Shown: piece after piece, positions 24,418-36,487 of the stretch
How positions within the stretch are numbered: the first letter of the stretch is position 1
Layout: each line of letters begins with the position of its first letter
Translations under genes and position numbers: made by a program
Notes under the pieces: model-generated
Database searches by the model: none
What the model saw: only the letters and a program-made list of their open reading frames with translations
What the model was told of the DNA's origin: nothing
Source: Atractiella rhizophila
Taxonomy: Eukaryota
Assembly (NCBI GenBank): GCA_021432655.1
Contig: MU271554.1
Coordinates: forward strand, 1-45,174
DNA: 45,174 nt
Direction: 5' to 3'

Positions 24418-26189
24418 ATGACTGACGATATCATCAATAACAAGAGCGAGCTGAGCAGGGTTTTGCATTCACTGCCAAATGGCACGTTTTCACCCTTTTT
24501 CCACAAATACACATCTTAAACGTTGCTATAGCATCTCAGCCATTCCAAGACATTCCCGTGCTGCATGGACAGTATGGTGAGTTGTTCTGAAGTCTCTCGA
24601 ACGAATTAAGCTAAGGGGAAATTGATGAGATGGAGCTGCGGCTTTATCGAACGAAGGGGTGGCTTCTGGGCAAGTGACAGAACTTCAATTTGGACAGTTT
24701 CTTCAAGATGAGGCGACTGCTGGCCATGAAACTAGAAGGGAAGGAGAAGAAGAGTTATATTGGAAAGAGGTTTCCCACCCGAGGGAGAGTGAGGAATGCG
24801 TAGTGAAGCCGAGAGACGACTGGATCTACGGTGAGTCTCACTTTTTCTGGCGAAAATGGAATTGAAAGGACATGAAATGGCAGACCCCAGTGTCAGACCG
24901 TCGTATACTTCGCCAGAGGGGGGACTGAATATTACAGTCACCGGTAAAGATACCATTTTGCTGGGCAGAGGTATATTCTGACGACCCCTTACAGAAGGGT
25001 CTCTTGATGCGGTTGCAACAATTGTTGGCCCAAAGAAGCGTCAACGACGCAGGACAGCTGGATCTAAGAAAAGCAAAGGCGATCGTACTCAACTTGGAGA
25101 CGCAGGAGAAGAGCTGGTCAAGGGTGAAAAGCGAAACCAGTCTTGCAGTGAGCGCACTCACTCTCTTCCCGATTCAAGCTTACTTTTTCCTAGCCTATTG
25201 CAAGGAAGTGACGGTTCGTCCCCATAGAACGCGTTGGATTTATCACTCATCACCTCTCTTCCGTTAGCATCGGCGTTGCGAAGTTGAGGTGGAGGGCGAG
25301 CCGTGTGTTGCTTGCAAGAAGAGAGCACTGAAGACCGGCGAACCCGCGGATTGCAAGTAAGTACCTGTAGCTCTGAAGTGTTCACAGATTCAGCGCCAAC
25401 TAACAGGTTTGCGAACCAAGCGCCTCGGGTCATTGGGAATCAACGTGTCTGTGGTAAGATTCCTCCTCAGCATATTCGATCTTCACTCACATTCCTCCTA
25501 GAACCCTGCAAGTTAAAGAAAGTTAGTACTTCTGCTCTACTACTTCTGAATCTTACGAAACGATTCGGTTAGAAAAAATGCGACGGAAATATCAAGACGG
25601 TTTGCACCCGATGCGAAAAGGCAAAGAAGCCCCAAGACTGCATAATGTCAGTTTATAGTTTTTTTGTTTGACCGCGTGCTGATGCTGCTGCACAGGCGAG
25701 AGGACAAAAAGTACTTTGTTTCCAGGTCCAGGGAACTGTTGCTGACAAACATGTGCAAGGGGAAAACAGAAGAACGACACGCAATCAGGAGTCCATCCAG
25801 ACCATTCCGAGCTTCGATCGACTTTACAGCTAGAGGACAGCACCGTAGCCTCCTCCTCTGCCGCTGAGGAGGATGATATTCCGCGACTCCACATTACACA
25901 CGAGATCCAACCGCAAATGGTCTCAACCTGGATGGACAATATTGATCCCAAGTTACTGCAGCTGGAGTATACGGTACCATCGACGAGCAAGACTAGAATC
26001 ACTGGCTTCTCGATCCAACCTCAGGGACTCGCCGTACCTTCATCAAGCGTCGCCAAAGTGCCTTCCCTTATTCCTGTCAACACCACTGGAACATCCACTC
26101 GTCCCGCCAAGCGGTCCCTCCAAGTGGAAGAGACTGAGCATGAGGATGACGGTCAGAAGAAGAGGCGTTCTAACCGCGGAAAGAAGTGA
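24418..26189 (+). CDS. Protein with two tandem Zn(II)2Cys6 binuclear clusters (putative transcription factor, ~405 aa)
   Basis: Exons 24418-24481, 24532-24576, 24630-24830, 24884-24943, 24995-25147, 25194-25213, 25268-25356, 25407-25453, 25502-25521, 25573-25646, 25696-25710 and 25760-26189 total 1218 nt in one frame. They give an NLS-like PKKRQRRR, cluster 1 SCTYCKEVTHRRCEVEVEGEPCVACKKRALKTGEPADC and cluster 2 VCEPCKLKKKKCDGNIKTVCTRCEKAKKPQDC. The 5' exons are less certain: the first intron needs a GC donor. Confidence 0.82.
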
Positions 26190-27654
26190 TTTTCTTGCTT
26201 CTATAGCTTTGAAGGGACGATTCGTCAACAGTCGCCTCCCGGGTATCCCTCAGAACACCCGTCATCGCAATCGATTCCATTGCTACGTGTCGAAATTTGG
26301 TTTCAAGCTGACTTGTCTTCTTTCTTCGCCACAATCTTTAACTACCTTGTCTGAACATCTTTGTTATCCAGATTTGAAAATTGTATACCTTCAAAGAATG
26401 CCTGTTTATGCTTCACAGATTCTGTCCTTCCTGTTTGCTCAAGTTTTGTTCCCTTCCTCTCCCATCCAAGCTCTCAAAAATACCGAGACTTGGACTTGAT
26501 TTTTTTGTTCACACTTTTGCTCCATTGCTCCATCGCCACAGCATCACACAGCTGGCTTGAAATTTTCTTTATTTTCGGAAGTGCCTTCCTCTTTTTCAGA
26601 AGCCTGCAATCGTCCGCACATTTGTCTCCCTTCTGAGCCTTCGTTCCTGTCCCTTTGTGCTTTTCAAGTTCACCCAAGTCGTATTCGCAAAGCTTTGAAC
26701 GTGCATCTGTCTGAACTTTCCTTCATCCACAGTCGTTCATTTCTTCCAACATTTTGCAATTCTGCTTGTGATACGTTTATTCAGAGGGTAATACCCTAGT
26801 TCGATAGCATCATGGCATTCGTTCACATTCACTCGCACTGTTTGGTTTGCTCTGGATAAAGATTTTACTTTCCTTCCTTTCTCATACACACTCTCAATCC
26901 CAGAAAACAATATGCTGTCAGGAATAGTTTTGAGTGTGCTCTATTGTTTCAACTCCCTTGGATCAATTTGTTCTTATCTCAAGCTCTATTTCAACATCTG
27001 GATTCTGGCTCGTCTATATTTTCAACTTGTTCTCCGTATAGTCTCAGTCTGTCTCTACTACTAGTACATATTACGCTTGCGTCATACGTACCAATGTGAA
27101 GCACTAAATCGGGAAATGCACATTGAAATTACAACTTCTCTCCACACAGGAAATGATTTAAACTTGAGCTTGAACTTGCAAACGTCAGAATGGGAATGCA
27201 CTGGAGAGGGAGAAACTAATATGGTACTACAGTGCGATGGGATCGATATCAGCTAGTTAATTTGACGTGGACCAGGCTACTGAATGTTTTGTTGAATAAC
27301 GTACTTCAATACTTCAGTTCTGCGTTGAATTCTTGAATCGTCCCGTGATTATCGTGTTCTTTACAATTCTGGGACAATAGAACACCTCCTAGACTTACTT
27401 ATCGATATATTTAACTTGAATTCAGGAGCAACTTTCTCTGACACTCAAGAAGTCGACTAGTAGTAATCATCGCAAATCTTCTCCAGCTGCAGCTTCGTTG
27501 CCTAGAAGTAATCGTTGTTTATTCTTCGGGAGCACTCAAAGAAGTGAGCCTTCCCTCCAAAATCTGTTCCCTGCACCGGTCGCCGTTGAGCAAAACGACG
27601 GTCGTCTAGATCTCCACGGAACTGCCCAGAGCGAGAGGATAGGGTACGAGCAAG

Positions 27655-30600
27655 ATGTTGAGGAAGACACAGATATCTTCCTACTTCTCCGAGCCGACGA
27701 AAGAGGTTCGTTTCTCCTTCTCTTGCCAAGTTAGCAGTAGCTAGCTACAGGCACTTGCATGATTGGAGCTTTGTTGACTGGTAAATGGGTGGATGTCTAG
27801 AGTCTGTTCACCACTTTCTTCTCCCTTCCTCCCTCCGAAATCCCCCTGCAAGAGATCCATGCCGTGCTCAACTTGGAAGGAGGCGTGGAGATCTATTCCG
27901 GAAAGCTCACACTCACTTCTTCCTTCCTCACCTTCGCATCCCATGATCGCGGCCTCAGCTGCAAGCTGTCCTTACCGTTAGCGTGCGTAAAGAGGGTGGA
28001 GAAGTTGAACCAAGGACAGAGTGGGGGGAAGCTTTGCCCTCAGCGTTACTGAGTGGTATGGTGGGAAGATCGTATATCCATTTCCTCTCTCGTTGCAAAA
28101 GACAGGGTTGACGTGATGTGTATGTCGAAATAGATTCTCCAACTCAACTCTCTCCTCCCACAATCCCAATCATTCGCTACCAACCTCCGCACACGCTTGA
28201 AATCCAACCTCTCAAAGATGAAACAGCTCAAGTCCTTCGTCAACACTTTCGCCTCTGAGCAGCTCTTGAAGGTGGAGGAGGGTAAGGAGATAGTGGAGGG
28301 AGGCGGAGAGGATAGGATAGGAGAGGATGTTGCTTGGACTACCAGAAGTGAAGGGGGTAAAGGAATGCATGCTGGCCTGTAAGTCTTTTCTTTATTCATG
28401 GGAAGAGAGCGGTTAGGAGAGGAAACAGAAGCAAGAGGAGAAAAACTGTTTGGTCATGGTTGATCAACCTCCAATGTCAACGTTGGACCTGAGCACCGTT
28501 GAGCTGCTGTCATGTTCGACGCACCATCTACCTCCCGTTATCACTAGTTATCATGATAAACGCCTGAATTAGTGTATCAACTGCCAAAAGTTGCGGCAGT
28601 CGATGTTTGATGGGCATATAGCACCAAATCAGTAGAGGAGAATGGCCCGCTAAAGGGATAAGATTAGTTATGCGTGGACAATGTTTCAGACATTCTCTAG
28701 CGACGTCTGCGCAACTTGTGGACCAATTCCCAAGCTTTCTGGTTTAGATGTCTCCATGGTATGGTGCCAGTGGGGTTGAAATGACGAGACACCTGTTTTC
28801 GTTCACTGCAGTGGATCCTTTGGTGTTTCAATGCTTTTATTCCTAAAGCGCATAGCCTATCGTTGAATTCTCCTTCCTTAGTTTTGCAGTTGTGAAAGCG
28901 TGTACTGATGAATTAACCCAGGGGAGTAGTCTACAAATACCCTGGAGATCCACGCAAGTATGTTCAGCCGTCTATCTTTCCTTATTCTCACATAGATCCT
29001 CAGATTACGCGAAAAATCGAAGCTTCGTCTGTTTCGCGCCTATCTTTCCCAGCACGGTCGTAATCTTACCTTGGCCCACTATCCGCGTCTAACCCGACTC
29101 ATCCTTCTTGGTCTGCCCTCCTCATTACGCGGCGAGTTCTGGGAGCTCCTTTCTTCCGCATCGTACAATCGCTTTTTCAACCCGGGAGAGTATGAGAATA
29201 TCCTGAAAGAAAATGAAGGCAGGAGGAATCACGCAATGGAGGAGATCGAGAAGGATTTAAAGCGCTCATTGCCAGAATATAAGGGTTTTCAAACGGACGA
29301 AGGCATCGGGAAACTCAGGCGGGTCCTCGTCGCGTATAGCTGGAAGAATCCACGGCTTGGATACTGTCAAGCCATGAATCTCATTGCTGCCTCTTTCCTG
29401 ATGTGAGACCTGCTTCGCTTGGCATGGATAAGATGTTAACACGCGACATAGATATCAAAGCGAAGAACAATGCTTCCATACTCTGTCTGTTCTGTGTGAT
29501 AAGCTCTTACCAGGCTACTACAAGTGCGTGTTTTTCAACCATGGCCACACGTATGCTAATATCGAATGAGGACAGTCCAGTGGGTCCTTGTTCAAGCCAA
29601 GCAACCAGCCAAAAAAACCAAACGTAAAACAAGAACGGCCGAACCCCTGAAAAAAAAGGTTTTGAAAAACCTGGTCAAACCCGGCCTCCCAACAAAATCC
29701 AAAAACCCAACCCCCAACAAAACCAAAAGGCAAGAGCCAAGCCCCCAAGGGTCCCCAAGCCGGTCAACAACAACAAGCCCAAGGGCCTCCCAATCCCGGT
29801 CCGGCCTGATCCAACCGGAAAGGGAACGGTTAACCTGACAGGAGTAGAGTCGTGGACTGCTTCTTTTTGATGGGCGCCAAAGTACTGTTCCAGATTAGGT
29901 GCGTTCACAAGGAGCGTGCAAGGATCTGCTAACAAAGAGAATAGTTTGGCTATCATGAAGCTTAATGGAGAAGAATTGCTCAAGTGCACAGATGATGGGG
30001 CTTTCATCAAGTGAGTTCATTTCATTGGCCAGACTAGGTTATGAGCTGACAAAGCAAACCTTCTAGCGTATTTCGAAAGTATTTTGCGACCCTCGATGAC
30101 CCTCTCTATCCCGATTCCCCTGATCCCAAGTCGCGCCAAACAATCAAATTTCAGGAGCTTCTCGTCGTCGCCTTTCGAGAATTTGGTGTTGTGAACGACG
30201 AGCTCATCGCATCCGAGAGGAAACGTTTTAAGTCTGAGGTGGTTGACTCGGTGGAGAACTTTGCGAAACGAACGGCTATTCGAAACCTTACATCGATGGG
30301 GAGGTTCGACAAAGAAACGCTAGGTGCGATATATGATCAGTATCAGATGAGCATCTACAAGTCCAAAGTCAAAGCTGAAGAGATGGGTTTCAAGAATGCG
30401 CCAACGGTGGAGCCGATGTACAGAGATCGGGTGAATGGAGGTACCGAGGAGAAAATTGAAGTGCGAATCGACAGAGGAACGTTCGGAATATTCTTGTCGG
30501 AAGTCTGTAGCTGGGCGAGGGATGAAAAGGTAGTGAAGTTGGTGGGTGGATTCCATGAGCATTCACAGCGCAGGCTGGCAGAACATGAGGTTATCGATCG

Positions 30601-31944
30601 TTTGTTTCTCAATTGGGATCGTTCGCATCGTGGCGCACTCAGCTTCCAGGTCCGTTTTTGATCATTACGTGCGGGGATTGGAGGTTGACAGTTGTGATTG
30701 AACAGGATATTGTCACTGGTCTGGATGGCATCCTGTTTAACGACATGATGGAGAATATTGCGTGGTTTCATCGACTCCATGATAAGGACAAAGATGGGTA
30801 TTTGACCAAGGACGAGGTGCTACAGCTTTCGGAAAGCCTGCTCGTGAGTCCACCCATGTCCATAGCATACCACCAACTGATCATGCTGCAGTTTATCTTT
30901 CGCAATGAGCCAGGGGACCAATACCTCGCCGCGGTGTCAAATTTCATCCAAAATGCGTTTGAGATGGCGGAGCCTCCGCCGACTGCCGAAAAGAAGGATG
31001 ATAACCTGCTTATTGATACGGAAGAGCAGAAGGGGGAAGAAAAAACTCATGGACGATCACGCTCAGCTTCATTGTCAAAAGACAGCCCTCATCGTCCTTA
31101 TTTGGGTCTACCGACATTTAGGATGGTGGTTCTCGCCGACGAGCTCCTTGAGAGCTTCTTCGACACGGATTTCAGGGATTCATTCCGGATAGAAAAGCTG
31201 ATGGAAGATAGCGTCGGAGCTGTTAAACCGAAGAAGAGCTTCCTTGGTGGTCTTGTGTCTTCCATCATGACACAGGAGAACAAGGTTTGCCCAGCCCCCA
31301 CCTTATGCTTGATCTCATTTTGAGGTAGGAACGGTTCAACGCCATGGTATACAATGTTGGAAAGAACATTGTAGAAGAAACGGTGGAGTTGAAACCCAGC
31401 ATTGGAAAACTGGACGTAAACCAGGAACCCAAACCTCGAGACTGGCTGTCGTCCACGAATCCATACGGCAACCGAGCCGCCAGCGCTTCATCTACTTCCT
31501 TACGGTCCCCGTCTCCCTCGCCTTCCGTATCCTCGCGAGCACTGCCAACTTCGCCTTCCACGTCGTCCATCCCGACTTCTGTCTCCACATCTTCCATCCG
31601 TGGTATGGCACCCACTGAACAGCTGGCGAATGCAAACAAACATCTCAGCATGATCCCCCGTTTCGCAATTGATCATGTGCGGGATAATAACGATGATGAA
31701 GAGGAAGAGGAGGAAGCAAACGCCCAGAATCTTGATGACCCAGGCATTATGGATGAAGTTGAAGCGTTCTTGAGGAAGCATGGAGGAGATGATGCCGCTG
31801 TGGAAGCTACCCCTGAACAACGGGAGAAGGCTAAAGGTTAGAGCCTTGTCTTTTCTCCTCCAACGATAACGGTTGACATTTTGTTCGTGGTTTGCAGAAC
31901 TTTTAGAGGCGTCGAAGAGTGGCAAAGCGGAATCACTCCTGTGA
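27655..31944 (+). CDS. MDR1: GYP2/MDR1-type Rab GTPase-activating protein (GRAM, TBC, EF-hand)
   Basis: MLRKTQISSYFSEPTKE|SLFTTFFSLP; GRAM-like region; GLGVVYKYPGDPRKLREKSK; GLPSSLRGEFWELLS; EEIEKDLKRSLPEY; LGYCQAMN; EF hand DKDKDGYLTKDE; LPTFRMVVLADELLESFFD. Contains a 543-nt intron 28379-28921, a frameshift at 28023-28028 and a corrupted segment at about 29580-29835. Confidence 0.92.
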
Positions 31945-32210
31945 ACCATTTACAATCTTGGGTTGCGTTGGGATCGTTGGGTCGGAGTCGCAGTTCCATG
32001 TACTATCGCGGTTTATCATCAAAGAGCTCATCATATTCAGTTTGCAACTTATCATCTATTGCATTCACCATCACACTTCATCAGTTGGCAGGAGACAGAG
32101 CGAAGATTGATTAGAGTGGAAGTATACCATTTCAATGAAGTCAAGCACAAAAAAAGACCATAATTTAACAAAAGCAAGACTGAAGTTCGAAACAGAATGC
32201 AGTGTCGTTA

Positions 32211-35200
32211 TCACACATTTTGAGATCCATGCAAGTTCCTCATCTGTTCTTGCAATACTGCCTTTTCACTTCTCAGCCTCGTTGCATCTCCTAGCCGCTT
32301 GAGTTCCCGTTTACTGCTCGTCGCTTGAGCCGTCAAGAATGAGACACTTGGCTCTCTGTACTTCCTCTGTGATGGCCGCCATTTATCCTCGGATCCAAGA
32401 TTTTTCAGGAACTCTTCCAGCTCATCGGAAGATGTCTCCGCACCGTCCTCCATTGACGATGAGAGAGAACCATTGGTCTGTTCGATGGTTCGGTAGATGT
32501 CGAGAGATTCTCCGGGTGGGAGAGGCGTGGTTTGAGAAGGTGTCTGGCAAGTCATGTTGACTTCTTTGCGGAGGTATTTATCGACATCAACTGCAGAGAA
32601 AAAGGCGCAAGACTTTGCAGACAGGAAGACTAAGCTTGATCAAGCAAAGGTGGGTAAGACGCACCTGAGGGAGATCCTCCATCTGTAGGCTATAAGCAAA
32701 CATACTCCTCGTCCATAGATTGGCGATTTGAAGAGCGAGAGAGGCTCGATATTTATCTTCTTCCTTGACGAGGTAACGGATCTCGTCGTGAACGCTGATC
32801 ATGTATCTCGCCTGAATGACGTACTTCTCAATGAGGTATTCCATGCCTACAATGAGCATATGCAGATAATCGACGCCGGACGACTGGACGACCCAATTGA
32901 CCTTGGACGGCATGTAATCCTCTGATCCCGCCATCCGCCGCCTCAGGTGTGCTGGCGACAGAGCTTGGGTGATGTGGCAGCCAAGCGTTGGTGTCTGCGG
33001 CGCCTCACTTGTCGCAATTTGCTCCAGCATGTTGAAAACGTAGCTTTCCGTCCCCCCGTGCCAGAACGTCTTGTCCCACGACAAGGAGCCAGCTCGATTC
33101 CTCAATCCCTTCGTCGACCTATAAAGATCCCTTGCCATCTGCTTCGCTTGTTCCTGGCTTAAGCTGGGATTTCCCTTTGTCAACAGGAGAACCGCGTGCT
33201 TCACACCGGCGCCATAGAGTCTTGAATAATTGAACACCTTCGCTCCGTCCCTCGTGATCCCCAAAATCTCAGCAGTCTTCGAATGCAGATCAGTTCCCTC
33301 CGCTTTCGTGCCCTCGAGCGTCATCCACCCCAAAGCTGTGGCGCCGTGAATGCCAAACTGGGAATCACCAAGAACGGAACATATCCAGAGCTCCTCAGAG
33401 TCCACATCAGCACCCACGATGGCGTAACCAGGAGGGGCACGGATCATGCTCTTCAACTCGCTCCCTATCCTATTCTTCTTCGCATTTGAAGCCGTGAGCC
33501 AGGTTTTTTCCACGGAACGACGAGTGATGGTCCCCATCGTGATCACAGGAGGGAGGATCGTACCCGCATCCGTCGGTGCGTTGTTCTCCGAAACCTGGTT
33601 CGAGTGCACTGCCTCCTTCCAGACGACAAATTGCTTCTTCACTCTCTCCCTAGTCGAGATCCAATATGAGCACATGGCGTTCATCTCGAGTGCCTCCTTG
33701 GCTACCGGGTAAGAAGACGAGAGAGTCCCATTCTCGAAATCCGCAATGAAACTCTTAGCAAGCGGCGAGCCGACGTTTAGATCGTTTCCCTGACTATGCG
33801 GCATCCTGACGTAGATTCCCTCCTCATCCATCCTTAACGGCAAAGTATCATCCTTCGCGTCAGCGCCGTCCTGTTCCTCTGCTCCCTCCTCCCCTCCCAT
33901 CCTCGAGGATTCTCCAAAGTCCACCTGGACCAATCCCGAGTGCGGATCGAATTCTTCCCTCGGGATACGGTACATCCATCCGTGTCTCTTCGTCCTATAA
34001 AGCGGGTATCCATTCCAAGATAGCTTCAAGAGGATCGGTGCGACCTTGCTCCGGACGGTGAGATTCAAACCCTGTGCGCCACCACCTCCCTCTCCTGACT
34101 CCTCCGATCCTTTCGATGCGGAGGAAGAGGAAGGCTTTGCGCGATCGAGGTCCCAATACCACTTTGGCCAAATGAGGTCCTCAGGTACTTGCCGTGCTCT
34201 TTCCGCCTCAGCCTTATCCTCCTCCACCTTCGACGGTCGCTCGGCCTCCTTCTCCCCCCTCAGCTGTTCTAAGCGTCCCAACTTTTCCCCCTTTTCCGCC
34301 GCCTCAGCGAGTTTTTGCATCGCTTCCTCCCCTTTCTCCCTCAGGATGGAAAAGAGCTCTGCCGCCTCTCCCCTCTTTGGTTTCTCCCCTACAATCCACT
34401 TGCGGATGATGTCAGTTTGTGCTGGATGTACAGAGGATTCGAGGAGAGTCAACCATTGATCTCTTGTGAGAAGGGATGTCAAATCTTCATCTGCCTTTGA
34501 GGAGGAAGATGAAGAGGGGGATGAAGGTAGCCTGTACATTTGTAACTCCGCCCCTAACAAGCTTTTCGAGACTTCATCATCCCATTCTTCCCCTAACAGA
34601 AGAACGGAGGGATTAGTTCGATGAATGCCAGAGATGTAAGAGAGGACGAGGACTAACACGGCACTCTGTCCTCGCTTCTAATACCCTCAACAACTTCTCC
34701 AGCTCTCAAAGGGACACAAGGACCCCACTTGTCGTCGATCCACACCTCCTTACCCTGCCACTTCAAATCCAAAAGGGCGAGTAGGTACTTCGACTTAACC
34801 ACCTTCTTCTTGAGCTTCTCCAAGCGTTCGAGCCAATTCTTCAATCCATAAGCGAAGGGAAGTAACTCTTTCTCCTTCCCCACCTTCTTTAACCTCCTCG
34901 CCTTCTTCGGTGACCAGTCTAGTTGCTTCAGCCACGGGTCGGCCTCCCATACGTATCCCCCTTCCCCTCCGTCTGAGACTACGTCGGAAGAGGAGGAAGA
35001 CGTTGATGCGGAAGGAGAGCGAACATGCATCAATGACTTGGCTTCTTCAGCCAAATAGTCGAGTTTGTCCCTCACACTGCCTGCCATCCTCTCAAACGTG
35101 TTTTCAGAAGACTGTACATAATCGATCCATGACTTATCAAGAGGCAAGAAGGAAGAGCCCATCTTGAGAATTCCAGCGAAAGAAGTAGGGTGGGGACAAC

Positions 35201-36487
35201 TAGCTAAGAATTTGGGTAAAAGGACCTGGAAGATTTGGAAAGTGGCATGTGTGTCCTTGGCGCAGTATGAGAGTAGATCTTGAATCTGCTCCCGCACTTG
35301 TGAGGGCGAAAAGACGGAGAAGGCGGTTCGGAAAGATTTATCGAGGTGAATGCCGCAATGTTGGCGTGCGACTTCGGAGAGGGAGTTCAAGGTGGTGGTG
35401 TCGGTGTAGCCATAACCTAGAGACTTCTTTTCACTCTCCTCGTCATTCGAGGAGATAGATAAGGCGTCTTGCTCGAGTAATGCGATGGAAGAAGGAGGCG
35501 TCTCCTTGAGACGACGGTTGATGGACAACTGCTCCATTTTTTGAGTGGAAGTGAGACCGAAACAGGCTATGTGCAGAGACATAGTGTCCAAGAACCGGTT
35601 GCCAGTACCTTCGATATCGTATTCTTCCTTGATCCTCGCACGGTCGAACCCCACATTATGTCCAACAATTAGCCTCTTTTCTATCCCCTTCTTATCGTCA
35701 CTCCCGCTTTTTGCGTGAGAGACAGTAGGGAGAGGGATGAGATGAGCCGCGCTCTGCGACTCTCCGAGGATCCAAGGAGAGATCCAAGCGTACCAATTCG
35801 TCTTGGAGAGCGCTGTAGCGAGGATGGGAAAGTCGGATTCCTTCCAGAGCGTCTCAACGTCGAACACAAGCACCTCCTCCTCCGGATAATCGACGGGCTC
35901 GAAGGAACCATCCGGGTGGTACTTTGTCCAACCGCTCTGCACATTCCACCTTTCGGGAGCCTCCACCTCCCCTTTTGTCTCCCCTTTACCATATACTCTT
36001 GTGTTTGAGTTTTGTGCAGCGAGCGAAAGCGCAAGGGAGCGGTAGTGCGCTGATTGGTACAGGGAAATGTTGTGAAAGTGTTCGTCTACGTTTTGGCCCC
36101 TGAGTTGAGGAAGAGAGAATACAGGCGGTGGAAGAGGTGGTGAGGATGGACTGAGCGGGTTAAGTGAGTGGCTGAGGAGGTGCGCCTGCGAGATGGTGAG
36201 CGCCTCGCTGTCTATGGGCGGGTGTTGCTGTTGTTGGGAAGAAGGAAAGATGCGCGAGCGAAGGTAAGGTGTGAGCAGCTGCACGCCGACTTGGTTGCGT
36301 ATCACTTCGCCTCAGCATCAGCTTCTGTGTTTTAATTTCAAGTATCGTTGAGAAACGTACCTGCGTCGTTGTGCCCCTGCTGACTCTGTGTCGAAGTCTG
36401 CTGAGTGCGCACAGACGAAGAGCATAGCCAACGCGTCCGTTGAAGAGTCCATGGCGCAGGTCGGCGTGCAAATGAGAGCATTCTCAT
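32211..36487 (-). CDS. MIP1: Mitochondrial DNA polymerase gamma catalytic subunit
   Basis: Arg-rich presequence [19 protein letters not shown]; Exo I FDVET, Exo II GHNVGFD, Exo III YCAKD; Pol [11 protein letters not shown], Pol [17 protein letters not shown], Pol [10 protein letters not shown]. Introns at about 36306-36360, 34593-34657 and 32613-32664. Confidence 0.96.

Noticed and set aside
25873..26499. 208-aa ORF
   Set aside because: Off-frame overlap with the last exon and 3'UTR of the zinc-cluster gene.
29566..29838. Lys/Pro-rich 90-aa ORF
   Set aside because: A by-product of the T-poor corrupted sequence, since few T means few stop codons.
34593..34659. Apparent frameshift between the two large MIP1 ORFs
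   Set aside because: Explained by an intron (GTTAGT donor, CTAAT branch, TAG acceptor) that joins RVP-W-EEW in frame.
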